This document shows positions 36,644-45,281 of a DNA stretch of 64,000 nucleotides, piece by piece. The notes under the pieces were generated by a model. That model searched no databases and was not told the DNA's origin. It saw nothing but the letters and a program-made list of their open reading frames with translations. The position numbers were made by a program, and so were the translations under genes. The stretch lies in the NCBI GenBank assembly GCA_942493275.1, contig OW818687.1, positions 2,369,918 through 2,433,917 on the forward strand, in the 5' to 3' direction. Source of the stretch: an uncultured Coriobacteriia bacterium (GTDB lineage Bacteria > Actinomycetota > Coriobacteriia > Anaerosomatales > PHET01). Each line of letters opens with the position of its first letter. Positions within the stretch are counted from its first letter, which is position 1.

Positions 36644-38778
36644 CGGCGCTCACCCGCTTCTTCGGGATTGGGCGGGCTGCTTTCACTACTGGGATGTCTC
36701 GTGCCATCTGGCCCCGCCAGACAGGCGACTCCAGACGCGGACCCGGCCGGAGCGTCAGCGCCCGTAGCACGGGTGCCCTCGGCGGGCCTCACCATCTCGT
36801 CCTTGTCGAACAGCGTGAGTGCCCTGGAGTAGAACGACAGCTCGTACTGACCGGTATGCTGGAGAGCGTCGGTCGGGCACTGCTCGGCGCACAAGCCGCA
36901 GAAGCAGCACTTCGACAGGTCGAGGTCGTAGCGCGTGACACATCGGGCACCGGGGTCGTCGACTCGTTCGACACGTATCGCGAAGTCGGGACAGGTGCGG
37001 GCGCAGAAGGTGCAGCCCACGCAGACCTCAGACGAGCAGCGCAGGCACCGTGCAGCCTCAGCAAGTCCCTCGAGCTGCGTGAACCCGAGCTCGACTTGAC
37101 GGAAATCGCGCGCGCGGTCGTCACCCTTCGCCATCGGCATCTTCGCGCGCCTGCGGGTCGACTCAACACCTGCGAGCGTCGCGGGCTGATACCGGGGATA
37201 CACGGGAACCGGACGGTACACGCGGCCCTCGCCAAGGTCCCGGTCTTCAAGGTAGCGGTGTATGGACTCCGCGGCCTCGTGGCCGCTGGCGACCGAGGCG
37301 ATGGCTGAGCCCGGGCCGGTTACGACTTCGCCGCAGGCGAAGACACCGGGGACGGCCGTGGTCATGAACGTTCCATCGACCGGCAGCAAGCCGCGATCGG
37401 TCAGCATGAGGTCCGAACCGCCGACGAGCTGCCCGAGATCGGGCGCCTGACCGATTGCGAAGACGACGACGTCGGCATACAGCTCGGTGAACTCCTCGGC
37501 GAACTTGGGGGCGAAGCGACCCTGAGCATCGAAGACGGACAGGCAGCTTTGCAGTCGCATGCCCGCGACCTTGCCGTTTTCAACGATGACGCTGTCAGGA
37601 CCCCACGAGCAGTTCGCGATGACCCCCTCATCGAGGGCCTCCTCGATCTCCCAAGGGTGCGCGGGAAGTTCGTCCATCGACTCGAGTGACGACAGCGTGA
37701 CCTCAGTAGCCCCGACCCGCAGCGCGACTCGAGCGCAGTCGACCGCGACGTTGCCACCGCCCACCACCAGTACGCGCTTGCCCTTGACCCCCGCGTCGCC
37801 CTTCCAGTTGCCGGCACGGAGGAACTCGAGCGCGCCGTGCACACCCTTGGCGTCAGCGCCCGGTATCGGCAGGATCCGGCTCACCTGCAGGCCCGCTGCG
37901 ACAAGCACCGCGTCGTACTCGCCGATGAGGTGGTCGATGGGAACGTCCACGCCGATCTCGACGTTGGTGTACAAACTCATGCCCATCCGCACGAGGTCGT
38001 CGATCTCGTTCGCGAGCACGTCACGAGGCAGACGGTACGCGGGAACGCCGGAGAGCAACGCGCCGCCCGGGCGGTCGTACTTCTCGTACGCGTGGACCTC
38101 GTAGCCGAGCTTCATGAGGTCGTAGGCGGCTGCCAGGCCGCTCGGTCCGCTGCCGATGACCGCGATGCGCTCGTCGCGCGTGACCGGCAGCTTCCGGACG
38201 CGCTCGTCGCGCAGCGGCTGGTACGCCTCGTACGCCATGCGGTGCAGCGGCCTGATGGCGATCGGCTCGTCGTAGTAGTTGCGCTTACACGCGGTCTCGC
38301 ACGGGTGGTGACATATCCGGCCGAGTACCCCGGGCATGATGTTGCGATCGCGCACGAGCTCATATGCCTCTGCAGGCCGCTTATCCGCCAGGTAGTACGA
38401 CTGACCACGGGCGTCGACGTTCGCGGGGCAGTTGCCGACGCACGGCGGGAGCCGATCAGCTTCGTAGAGGCCATCGATGAGGCCGTTGTACTCGGGTGAC
38501 GGCGACGTTATCGGCGGGACATCTTCGCGTCCGAGAACCCCTGTGAGCCGGAGCGCACCCCGCCAGCGGGGCGACAGCGTGATCTTCTCGGCAGGGTACT
38601 TGAGGGTCTCCGGGGTCATCCGCGAATAGCGGGCGGTGATGCCCAGGCCGGTCGCTATGCTCTTCCAGCGCTCGAAGAAGCCCTTGATGCCGGGGCTGAA
38701 GTCGTCGGTGACGCTCACCTTCACGCGGACGGACTCGGGAGTCCGGTCCGGCACCGTGTGCTTGATCCTCACAGCCAT
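36640..38778 (-). CDS. nuoI: NuoI (2x[4Fe-4S] subunit) with an internal ~500-aa GltD/NfnB-like NAD(P)H-FAD-FeS oxidoreductase insert
   Basis: 712 aa from ATG 38778, which overlaps the nuoH stop by 10 nt. The ends are NuoI-like (LKYPAEKITLSPRWRG; CVGCTFCARTCP; CCFCGLCAEQCP). The middle is GltD-like (CVGNCP, GRICHHPCETACKR, IAVIGSGPSGLAAAYDL, VLVVGGGNVAVDCA, GVFACGEVV). Confidence 0.85.
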   Translation of the reverse strand: MAVRIKHTVPDRTPESVRVKVSVTDDFSPGIKGFFERWKSIATGLGITARYSRMTPETLKYPAEKITLSPRWRGALRLTGVLGREDVPPITSPSPEYNGLIDGLYEADRLPPCVGNCPANVDARGQSYYLADKRPAEAYELVRDRNIMPGVLGRICHHPCETACKRNYYDEPIAIRPLHRMAYEAYQPLRDERVRKLPVTRDERIAVIGSGPSGLAAAYDLMKLGYEVHAYEKYDRPGGALLSGVPAYRLPRDVLANEIDDLVRMGMSLYTNVEIGVDVPIDHLIGEYDAVLVAAGLQVSRILPIPGADAKGVHGALEFLRAGNWKGDAGVKGKRVLVVGGGNVAVDCARVALRVGATEVTLSSLESMDELPAHPWEIEEALDEGVIANCSWGPDSVIVENGKVAGMRLQSCLSVFDAQGRFAPKFAEEFTELYADVVVFAIGQAPDLGQLVGGSDLMLTDRGLLPVDGTFMTTAVPGVFACGEVVTGPGSAIASVASGHEAAESIHRYLEDRDLGEGRVYRPVPVYPRYQPATLAGVESTRRRAKMPMAKGDDRARDFRQVELGFTQLEGLAEAARCLRCSSEVCVGCTFCARTCPDFAIRVERVDDPGARCVTRYDLDLSKCCFCGLCAEQCPTDALQHTGQYELSFYSRALTLFDKDEMVRPAEGTRATGADAPAGSASGVACLAGPDGTRHPSSESSPPNPEEAGERR

Positions 38779-39722
38779 ACCGACGCCACCACCCCGGCGA
38801 GCACGAGCTGCCCGATAGCCATCGGCGTGAGGACCTTCCACGCGAACGACATCAGCTGATCGGAGCGCATGCGCGGAAACGTCCACTTCACCCAGATCAT
38901 GGCTGTGGCTATGAAGGCCGTGAGCGCGACGAACACGATCGCACCGACGGGACCGGGGATACCCAGTCCGCCGCCGAAGAAGGTCGCAGCGCCGAACAGA
39001 GAGGCGGCGACGATGCCGCCGTACTCGGCCATCATGAAGATCGCCCAGCGGATCCCGGAGTAGTCGGCGAAGTAGCCCGCCACCAGTTCTGATTCCGCCT
39101 CCGGCAGGTCAAACGGCCCACGGTTGATCTCGGCGATCGAGGCGATGAAGTACACGAGGAAGCCGACAGCCATCAGCGCGAGCCACCACCAGCGCCATTC
39201 GCTGCGGATGTCGGCGGCCGAGAGCGAGCCCGCGAGGATGCACATCGACAGCACCGTGAGCGTTCTCGGCAGTTCGTAGCTGACCATCTGAGCTGCGGCA
39301 CGAACGCCGCCGATGGTGGCGTAGGTGTTGCGGCTCGACCATCCGGCCAGCAGGATTCCCAGGACCGAGATGCCGGGAACGGCGAGGAAGAACAGCGCAC
39401 CGGCGCGGATGTCGAAGGGCGCCCATCCCGCAGCGTAGGGCACAACGACGAGCGAGGCTGCGACCGGAACGAAGACGAGCAGCGGTGCCCACTTGAACGG
39501 GGTGACATCAGCCTGAGCAGGCGTGATGTCCTCCTTGAGCACGAGCTTCACGGTGTCGGCCAGCGTCTGGAGCAGACCCGCGGGACCGGCCTCCTGGGGG
39601 CCGAAGCGCATCTGGATGCGAGCTGAGACTTTGCGCTCCCACCACACGCCGATAAGCGCGGCGATCGCGATGAGCATCGCGGCAGCGAGTCCCCACAGGG
39701 CGCCGAGTCCGAAGCTGCTCAT
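38769..39722 (-). CDS. nuoH: NADH-quinone oxidoreductase subunit H
   Basis: 317 aa from ATG 39722 (MSSFGLGALW...WWERKVSARIQMRFGP). The ATGA overlap with the nuoD stop fixes the start; the track start 40031 is rejected. Confidence 0.92.
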   Translation of the reverse strand: MSSFGLGALWGLAAAMLIAIAALIGVWWERKVSARIQMRFGPQEAGPAGLLQTLADTVKLVLKEDITPAQADVTPFKWAPLLVFVPVAASLVVVPYAAGWAPFDIRAGALFFLAVPGISVLGILLAGWSSRNTYATIGGVRAAAQMVSYELPRTLTVLSMCILAGSLSAADIRSEWRWWWLALMAVGFLVYFIASIAEINRGPFDLPEAESELVAGYFADYSGIRWAIFMMAEYGGIVAASLFGAATFFGGGLGIPGPVGAIVFVALTAFIATAMIWVKWTFPRMRSDQLMSFAWKVLTPMAIGQLVLAGVVASVWL

Positions 39723-40864
39723 CGGTCGATCTCCCCAAAGACGGGGTCGAGCGAGCCGAGAACGACCACGAGGTCGGACAGCGTGTGACCGACTGCGAGC
39801 TGAGGCAGCAGAGCCATGTTGCAGAAGGCCGGAGAGCGCACCTTCATCCGGTACGGCCTTACGGAGCCGTCGGAGACCAGATACACGCCGAGCGAACCTC
39901 GTGCGCTCTCGATGTGGTCGTACGCGTCGCCGGGAGGCGGTGCGATGAGTCGCTGGAGTCCCTCGGACTTCACGAACCCGCCGGGCATCTGTGCGATCGC
40001 CTGCTCGATGATGCGACAGGACTCGTAGCACTCAAAGAGCCTGCATCGGCCGCGGTCGTAAGCGTCACCCCGCTCGCCGACGACGACGTCGAAGTCCATC
40101 CGCGGGTAGACCGAATAGGGATCGTGCTTGCGGAGGTCCCAGTTGACCCCGGAACCGCGGGCGGTGGGGCCGGATGCGCCCCATGCCACAGCGTCCTCGG
40201 CGGAAAGCACTCCGATTCCCTTGAGACGACCGCGGGCGATCGCGTTTTGGAAGAACAGGGAGTCGAGGTCCGCCAGGCCCGACCGGTGTGAGTCCGTGAA
40301 GCGGAGCACCGCGTCGGTCCAGCCCTCGGGTGCATCCATCGACACTCCGCCGGGCCGGACGTAGTTGTAGGTGAGGCGCGCGCCGCACAAGTCCTCGAAG
40401 AGCTCGACGACCCTCTCCCGCTGGTCGAACGCGTAGATGAACGCCGAGAAGGCGCCCGTATCGGCCGCGGACGCCCCGATGCCCATCATGTGGCTGGCGA
40501 TGCGCTGCAGCTCGCACACGATCACTCGGAGATACTCACCACGCTCGGGCACGCGGATTCCCGCGAGCCTCTCGACCGCGCGGCAGTACGCCCAGTTCGC
40601 GTACATGGAGCCGACGTAGTCGAGACGATCGGTGAGCGGCACGACCTGCAGGTACGTGCGGTTCTCGGCCATCTTCTCGATGCCGCGATGGAGGTAGCCG
40701 ATGACGGGCTGGGCCTTGACCACGACGTCGCCGTCGAGGTGAACGATGACCCTGCCGACGCCGTGGGTGGAGGGATGTGACGGGCCGACGTTGACGACCA
40801 GCTCCTCAACGGGCAACCCGTCGTCGGAGTGAGTCATCGAACGCGATTCGATCTCGACCGTCAT
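39719..40864 (-). CDS. nuoD: NADH-quinone oxidoreductase subunit D
   Basis: 381 aa, with GPSHPSTHGV, GYLHRGIEK and a C-terminal VLGSLDPVFGEIDR. Confidence 0.95.
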   Translation of the reverse strand: MTVEIESRSMTHSDDGLPVEELVVNVGPSHPSTHGVGRVIVHLDGDVVVKAQPVIGYLHRGIEKMAENRTYLQVVPLTDRLDYVGSMYANWAYCRAVERLAGIRVPERGEYLRVIVCELQRIASHMMGIGASAADTGAFSAFIYAFDQRERVVELFEDLCGARLTYNYVRPGGVSMDAPEGWTDAVLRFTDSHRSGLADLDSLFFQNAIARGRLKGIGVLSAEDAVAWGASGPTARGSGVNWDLRKHDPYSVYPRMDFDVVVGERGDAYDRGRCRLFECYESCRIIEQAIAQMPGGFVKSEGLQRLIAPPPGDAYDHIESARGSLGVYLVSDGSVRPYRMKVRSPAFCNMALLPQLAVGHTLSDLVVVLGSLDPVFGEIDR

Positions 40865-40874
40865 GTCCCTCCTC

Positions 40875-41336
40875 TCAGATGTAGTCAGGGCGCCTGATCA
40901 GGCGCGGATCGTCGTAGTCCTTGCGGAGCGGATGGCCCTCGAAGTCATCGGGCAGAACGATTCGCCGAAGATCCGGATGACCCTCGAAGACGATTCCGAA
41001 AAGATCGAAGACCTCTCGTTCCTGCCAGTCGGCGGCAGGCCATACGTCGAACAACGAGTCCACGCGAGGGTCTTCTCGGCTGACCTTGGTCTTTACAAAC
41101 AGCGCCGATGAGAGCGATCGGGACTGGAGGCGATACACGAGTGTGAAGAATTCGCCCCGGTCCACCGCGGTCACCATGCCGAGACGGTCGAAGCCGATGT
41201 CCCTCAGCTCTCGTGCGATCTCGAGCAGCTTGTCGCGGTTCACGCCGATGACGGCATCTCCGAACTCGAGCGAGAACAGCGGAGCAAGAACCGGTGAGAG
41301 CTCGGCGAGTCTGTGCTGCAGCTCATCGTGGTTCAT
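40875..41336 (-). CDS. nuoC: NADH-quinone oxidoreductase subunit C
   Basis: 153 aa, with WPAADWQEREVFDLFGIVFEGHPDLRRI typical of the 30-kDa subunit. Confidence 0.92.
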   Translation of the reverse strand: MNHDELQHRLAELSPVLAPLFSLEFGDAVIGVNRDKLLEIARELRDIGFDRLGMVTAVDRGEFFTLVYRLQSRSLSSALFVKTKVSREDPRVDSLFDVWPAADWQEREVFDLFGIVFEGHPDLRRIVLPDDFEGHPLRKDYDDPRLIRRPDYI

Positions 41337-41890
41337 TCGGCGTCACCATCCTCCCCCGGACGGGGAAGCTTCACGGCGTGCTCGCGGCGCTTTCCGGGCG
41401 CGATCGACTCGGTCTTCACGAGCTCGCGCAACTGGAGCACGCCGTCTTGCAGCGCCTCCGGACGCGGAGGGCAGCCGGAGATGTAGACGTCGACCGGAAG
41501 GAACTCGTCGGCACCGCGCACGACCGAGTAGGTGTCGTAGTAGAAGATGCCGCCCGATACGGTGCAGTTGCCCATGGCGATGACCCACTTGGGATCCGGC
41601 ATCTGGTCGTAGAGACGCCGCACCGCCGGCTTCATCTTCTCGGTGATGGTCCCCGCAAGGATCATGACGTCGGTGTGACGCGGATCGGGGCGCGGAAACG
41701 TGCCCATGCGATCGAAGTCGAACTTGTTGAAGGATGCGGCGATGAGCTCCATCGCGCAGCACGCCGTGCCCATGGGCATGGCCCAGAGGGACTGCCCGCG
41801 CGACCAATCGACGAGCGCGTCCACCGAGGTGAGGAGCACGCCGCCAGGTGTGCGGTCGAGGGCCGAGCCGATCCGATCTACGATCGCCAC
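41333..41890 (-). CDS. nuoB: NADH-quinone oxidoreductase subunit B
   Basis: 185 aa, with GTACCAMEL, ILAGTIT, MGNCTVSGG and GCPPRPE (N2 cluster ligands). Confidence 0.95.
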   Translation of the reverse strand: MAIVDRIGSALDRTPGGVLLTSVDALVDWSRGQSLWAMPMGTACCAMELIAASFNKFDFDRMGTFPRPDPRHTDVMILAGTITEKMKPAVRRLYDQMPDPKWVIAMGNCTVSGGIFYYDTYSVVRGADEFLPVDVYISGCPPRPEALQDGVLQLRELVKTESIAPGKRREHAVKLPRPGEDGDAE

Positions 41891-42246
41891 TCGAGCGCCC
41901 CCTTACGCCACGCGTACGCGAGCCCGAGCGCCAGGAACGCCACGAACGCGACAACCTCGGCGAGCGCGACCACGCTGCCGCGCAGACCGCTTGCGACCGC
42001 GAAGAGCAAGACCGCCTCGGCGTCGAAGAGCACGAACAGCATGGCGATCGTCGAGAACCGCATGCGGTTGGGCGCCCAAGGGTCGCCAGCCTGTTCCATG
42101 CCGCACTCGAAGGGAGTGAGCTTCTCGGAATCCGGATTGTGGGGAGCCAGCAGCTTGTTGGCAAGGAAGACCACGCCGATGAAACCCGTCGTCGCCGTGG
42201 CGAGTCCGAGTACGAAGAGTACAGCTTGGGCCCCAGCCCCCTGCAT
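41878..42246 (-). CDS. nuoA: NADH-quinone oxidoreductase subunit A
   Basis: 122 aa, three TM helices, with LTPFECGME...FVLFDAE motifs. First gene of the operon. Confidence 0.9.
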   Translation of the reverse strand: MQGAGAQAVLFVLGLATATTGFIGVVFLANKLLAPHNPDSEKLTPFECGMEQAGDPWAPNRMRFSTIAMLFVLFDAEAVLLFAVASGLRGSVVALAEVVAFVAFLALGLAYAWRKGALEWRS

Positions 42247-42352
42247 CGGTGCTCCCTCGCGCTGCCTTCCTGTCGCTCTCTTGATGATCGACAGGTCCGG
42301 TTAGACAGTAATCCGAGTGTCGCGCGACCACCCCAGACGGTCGCGCTCGGAC

Positions 42353-42417
42353 AGTGTAGCCGAGCCTCCAGAACTTTGTAAAGATTGTTACAAAGTCCCG
42401 AATTGCAGTTACAAAGT
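42353..42417 (-). promoter_or_regulatory. Putative nuo promoter overlapped by an AT-rich palindromic operator (Rex- or CRP/FNR-type geometry) plus an extra half-site
   Basis: Perfect inverted repeat ACTTTGTAA-N6-TTACAAAGT at 42373-42396, and a third copy GTTACAAAGT at 42408-42417. The reverse strand reads TTTACA (42382-42377), 18 nt, TACACT (42358-42353), about 110 nt upstream of nuoA. Confidence 0.45.
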
Positions 42418-42452
42418 GCAGGTCACAGGGTTACCCGTTGGCAAGATACCCG

Positions 42453-44477
42453 TCAGTCCGACGTCTCAGACTCGAGGCGCTGGATCTCCTCGGAGAGGGT
42501 CAGCCACTCTTCCTCGAGACCCGGAAGCCGCTTCTTGAGCTCCGTGTACTCCGCCAGAGCCTTGTCGAATACGCCCTTGTCGGCATAGATGTCCGGGTCG
42601 GCCATCGCCTCGACAAGTTCGTCGTGACGGGCCTGCGCCTGAGCGAGCTCCTTCTCGACCGCCTGAAGTCGACTGCGCCCGTCCTTGGTCGCACGATACG
42701 CACGGTTGCGCGCGTCCGCCTCGGCACGCTTCTGCTCTTTGGTCTTTGGGCCGGCGACGGGGACCGCGGGTTCGGGTGACGTGACCTGGGGCCCGTGTAC
42801 CCTCCGTGGTCCTTTGCCACGATCCGCGCGCTCGGTGGGAGCGGGCGTAACCGCCTTCGGCTCGGGCTCGCTCCCCTGCTCGCGCTTCCAGAGGTAGTAG
42901 TCGTAGTCACCGTCGAACACGGTCACCCGGCCGTCTCGGACCTCAACGATCTTGGTCGCGATGGCCCGGATAAGGTGTCGGTCGTGCGTGATCAGAGCGA
43001 TGGTGCCCTCGTAACGCTGGAGCGCCTGCTCCAAGACGTCGCTCGAGGCGATGTCGAGGTGGTTTGTGGGCTCGTCGAGACACAGGAATGGCGCGGGAGC
43101 CACGAGCATCTTGGCAAGCGCGAGACGCCCCTTCTCGCCACCAGAGAGGACCTTGACGCGCTTCTCGACGTCATTGCCGTTGAAGAGGAACGCGCCGAGC
43201 AGCCCGCGCACTTCGGACTGCGTCCATCCGGGGGCCGCCGAGTCGAGCTCCTGGTACACCGAGTTCTCGAGACCGAGAGCCTGCAACTGATGCTGCGCGA
43301 AGTAGGCGACCTCGACACCCGTACCAAGTCGGCGCGTGCCGTTGTCCGGCGGAAGGACACCTGCCAGCATCTTGAGCAGCGTCGACTTGCCGGCGCCGTT
43401 GGGGCCCACAAGCGCGACTTTGTCACCCCGGTAGAGCGCGAAATCGAGCCCGTCATAGACCACGTTGTCGCCATAGGCCTTCGCCACCTCTTCAAGCGCG
43501 ATGACGAGCTCGCCCGTTCGCGGAGGCTGAGGAAAGCGGAAACGAACCTTCTTGCGCTCGTCGGGGGGCTGGATGCGCTCCATCTTCTCGAGCTTCTTGA
43601 CGCGGTCCTGCGCCTGCTTGGCCTTGGTGTTCTTGTAGCGGAATCGCTCGACGAACTTCTCCATGTGAGCGATCTCGCGCTGCTGCGCTTCGTATGCGGT
43701 GATCAGTTGTTCGCGGGCGAGCTCGCGCGCCTTCTCGAAGTCCGAGTACGACCCGCTGTAGAGCGTCAGCTCCCCGCGGTCTATCTCGGCGACGTGGTCC
43801 ACGAGGCCATCCATGAACGCGCGGTCGTGGCTGACCACGATGATTCCGCCGTCATATGCCTTGAGCCACGACTCGAGCCACGCCACCGACTCGATGTCGA
43901 GGTGGTTGGTGGGCTCGTCGAGAAGCAGCAGATCGGGACGCCGAAGCAGCAGCTTCGCGAGGGCGAGCCTCATCAGCCAGCCGCCCGACAGCTCATCGCA
44001 CGTGCGCTCGTAGTCCACCTCGGCGAATCCGAGGCCCGAGAGGACCGCTCGCGCGTCGGCCTCTATCCCATAGCCGCCAAGGTGCTCGAACCGGGACTGA
44101 AGGCGTCCATATTCGGAGAGGAGTCGTTCCTGCTCGGGGCCCTCATCGGCGGCAGCGATCTCATCGGAAAGAAGGCCGAGCCGGTGCTCGAGGGTGGTGA
44201 CGTGCTCTGCGGCGGTGAGCGCCTCAGCGAGCACCGTGCGGTCGTGCATCTCGATGGCTTCCTGCTCCAGGTAGCCGATGACCGCACCCTTGGCGAAGAC
44301 GACCGAGCCGCTATCGGCATCCTGGCGCTTGGCGATGATCTCAAGCAGCGTTGTCTTTCCGGCTCCGTTAGGGCCGACGAAAGCCATTCTGTCGCGCGCA
44401 CCAACGCGAAGCGACACATCCTTGAACAGGACGCGCGCTCCGAAGGACTTGGATACGTTGTCGAGGGAGACGATCAC
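42453..44477 (-). CDS. ABC-F family ATPase (two ABC domains, no TM domain, C-terminal coiled coil)
   Basis: 674 aa. Two Walker A motifs ([24 protein letters not shown]), two LSGG signatures, an inter-domain linker, and a K/E/A-rich C-terminal tail. Confidence 0.9.
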   Translation of the reverse strand: MIVSLDNVSKSFGARVLFKDVSLRVGARDRMAFVGPNGAGKTTLLEIIAKRQDADSGSVVFAKGAVIGYLEQEAIEMHDRTVLAEALTAAEHVTTLEHRLGLLSDEIAAADEGPEQERLLSEYGRLQSRFEHLGGYGIEADARAVLSGLGFAEVDYERTCDELSGGWLMRLALAKLLLRRPDLLLLDEPTNHLDIESVAWLESWLKAYDGGIIVVSHDRAFMDGLVDHVAEIDRGELTLYSGSYSDFEKARELAREQLITAYEAQQREIAHMEKFVERFRYKNTKAKQAQDRVKKLEKMERIQPPDERKKVRFRFPQPPRTGELVIALEEVAKAYGDNVVYDGLDFALYRGDKVALVGPNGAGKSTLLKMLAGVLPPDNGTRRLGTGVEVAYFAQHQLQALGLENSVYQELDSAAPGWTQSEVRGLLGAFLFNGNDVEKRVKVLSGGEKGRLALAKMLVAPAPFLCLDEPTNHLDIASSDVLEQALQRYEGTIALITHDRHLIRAIATKIVEVRDGRVTVFDGDYDYYLWKREQGSEPEPKAVTPAPTERADRGKGPRRVHGPQVTSPEPAVPVAGPKTKEQKRAEADARNRAYRATKDGRSRLQAVEKELAQAQARHDELVEAMADPDIYADKGVFDKALAEYTELKKRLPGLEEEWLTLSEEIQRLESETSD

Positions 44478-44514
44478 AGCGGTTCAGTCTAACACCGCAT
44501 TCGCGGCGCGGAAG

Positions 44515-45264
44515 TCACTCCGATGCCGCCGCGGGTCTCGTGAGGTGGAGGTACAGCTGCTGGCCGCGCTCGTCGGTCTGCCCCATCGGGTAGACGCAGA
44601 CCAGAAACTCACCCAGTGCGGGCTCGAACACGATGCGCTCCACCGGTCCGTCACACCGCACGCTTTGGACGAGCGGACACGAGTGAGGCGATTCACCGCT
44701 CTCGTGCATTGCGACGCGGCAGTCCACCGCGCAATCGCCGATGCCCTGCTCGGTGGTCTCCCAAAACGACTGGTTGCCCAGCACGACCCTGTGGTCGGCG
44801 GTGAGCACCATCGAGGGGTACGGGATGCTGTCGAGCACCGACTGGACGCCGAGAAGTCGCACGCGCTCGGATCCACGCTCCCCGCGGTAGGCGTCGATGG
44901 CCTCCGAGATGGTGGTGCGCAGATTGCCCGGCGCAAACGGCTTCACGACAACGGCGTCGACACCAGCCGCAAGCGCCTCCCGCTCCACGGAGGCTTCCTG
45001 CTCATCGACGAGGAGAATCATCGGCGACGAGGCGTAGTCGTCCCGACGACGGAGCTCTCGGACGAGCTCAAGTCCGGACATAGTGCTGAGGCCCTGGTCG
45101 ATCACACAGGCGTCGAACCTCTCGTTGCAGGCCAGCTCGAGCGCGTCACGGGCGCTGGAACGGTCGGTGACGGCGAAACCCGAGACGCCGCCCAGAGCGA
45201 CCGCGGTGAGAGTCCGCAACACCGGAGACTCGTCGACTATGAGTATGCGCGCGCCGTATCGCAT
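44515..45264 (-). CDS. Response regulator: receiver domain plus C-terminal PAS-like domain
   Basis: 249 aa from ATG 45264 (MRYGARILIVDES...). Acidic pocket DE, putative phospho-acceptor in ACVIDQGL, conserved K in VVKPF. The C-terminal ~120 aa is Cys/His-containing and PAS-like. The track start 45495 overlaps the upstream gene. Confidence 0.75.
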   Translation of the reverse strand: MRYGARILIVDESPVLRTLTAVALGGVSGFAVTDRSSARDALELACNERFDACVIDQGLSTMSGLELVRELRRRDDYASSPMILLVDEQEASVEREALAAGVDAVVVKPFAPGNLRTTISEAIDAYRGERGSERVRLLGVQSVLDSIPYPSMVLTADHRVVLGNQSFWETTEQGIGDCAVDCRVAMHESGESPHSCPLVQSVRCDGPVERIVFEPALGEFLVCVYPMGQTDERGQQLYLHLTRPAAASE

Positions 45265-45281
45265 CGTGGTCACACCCTTTG

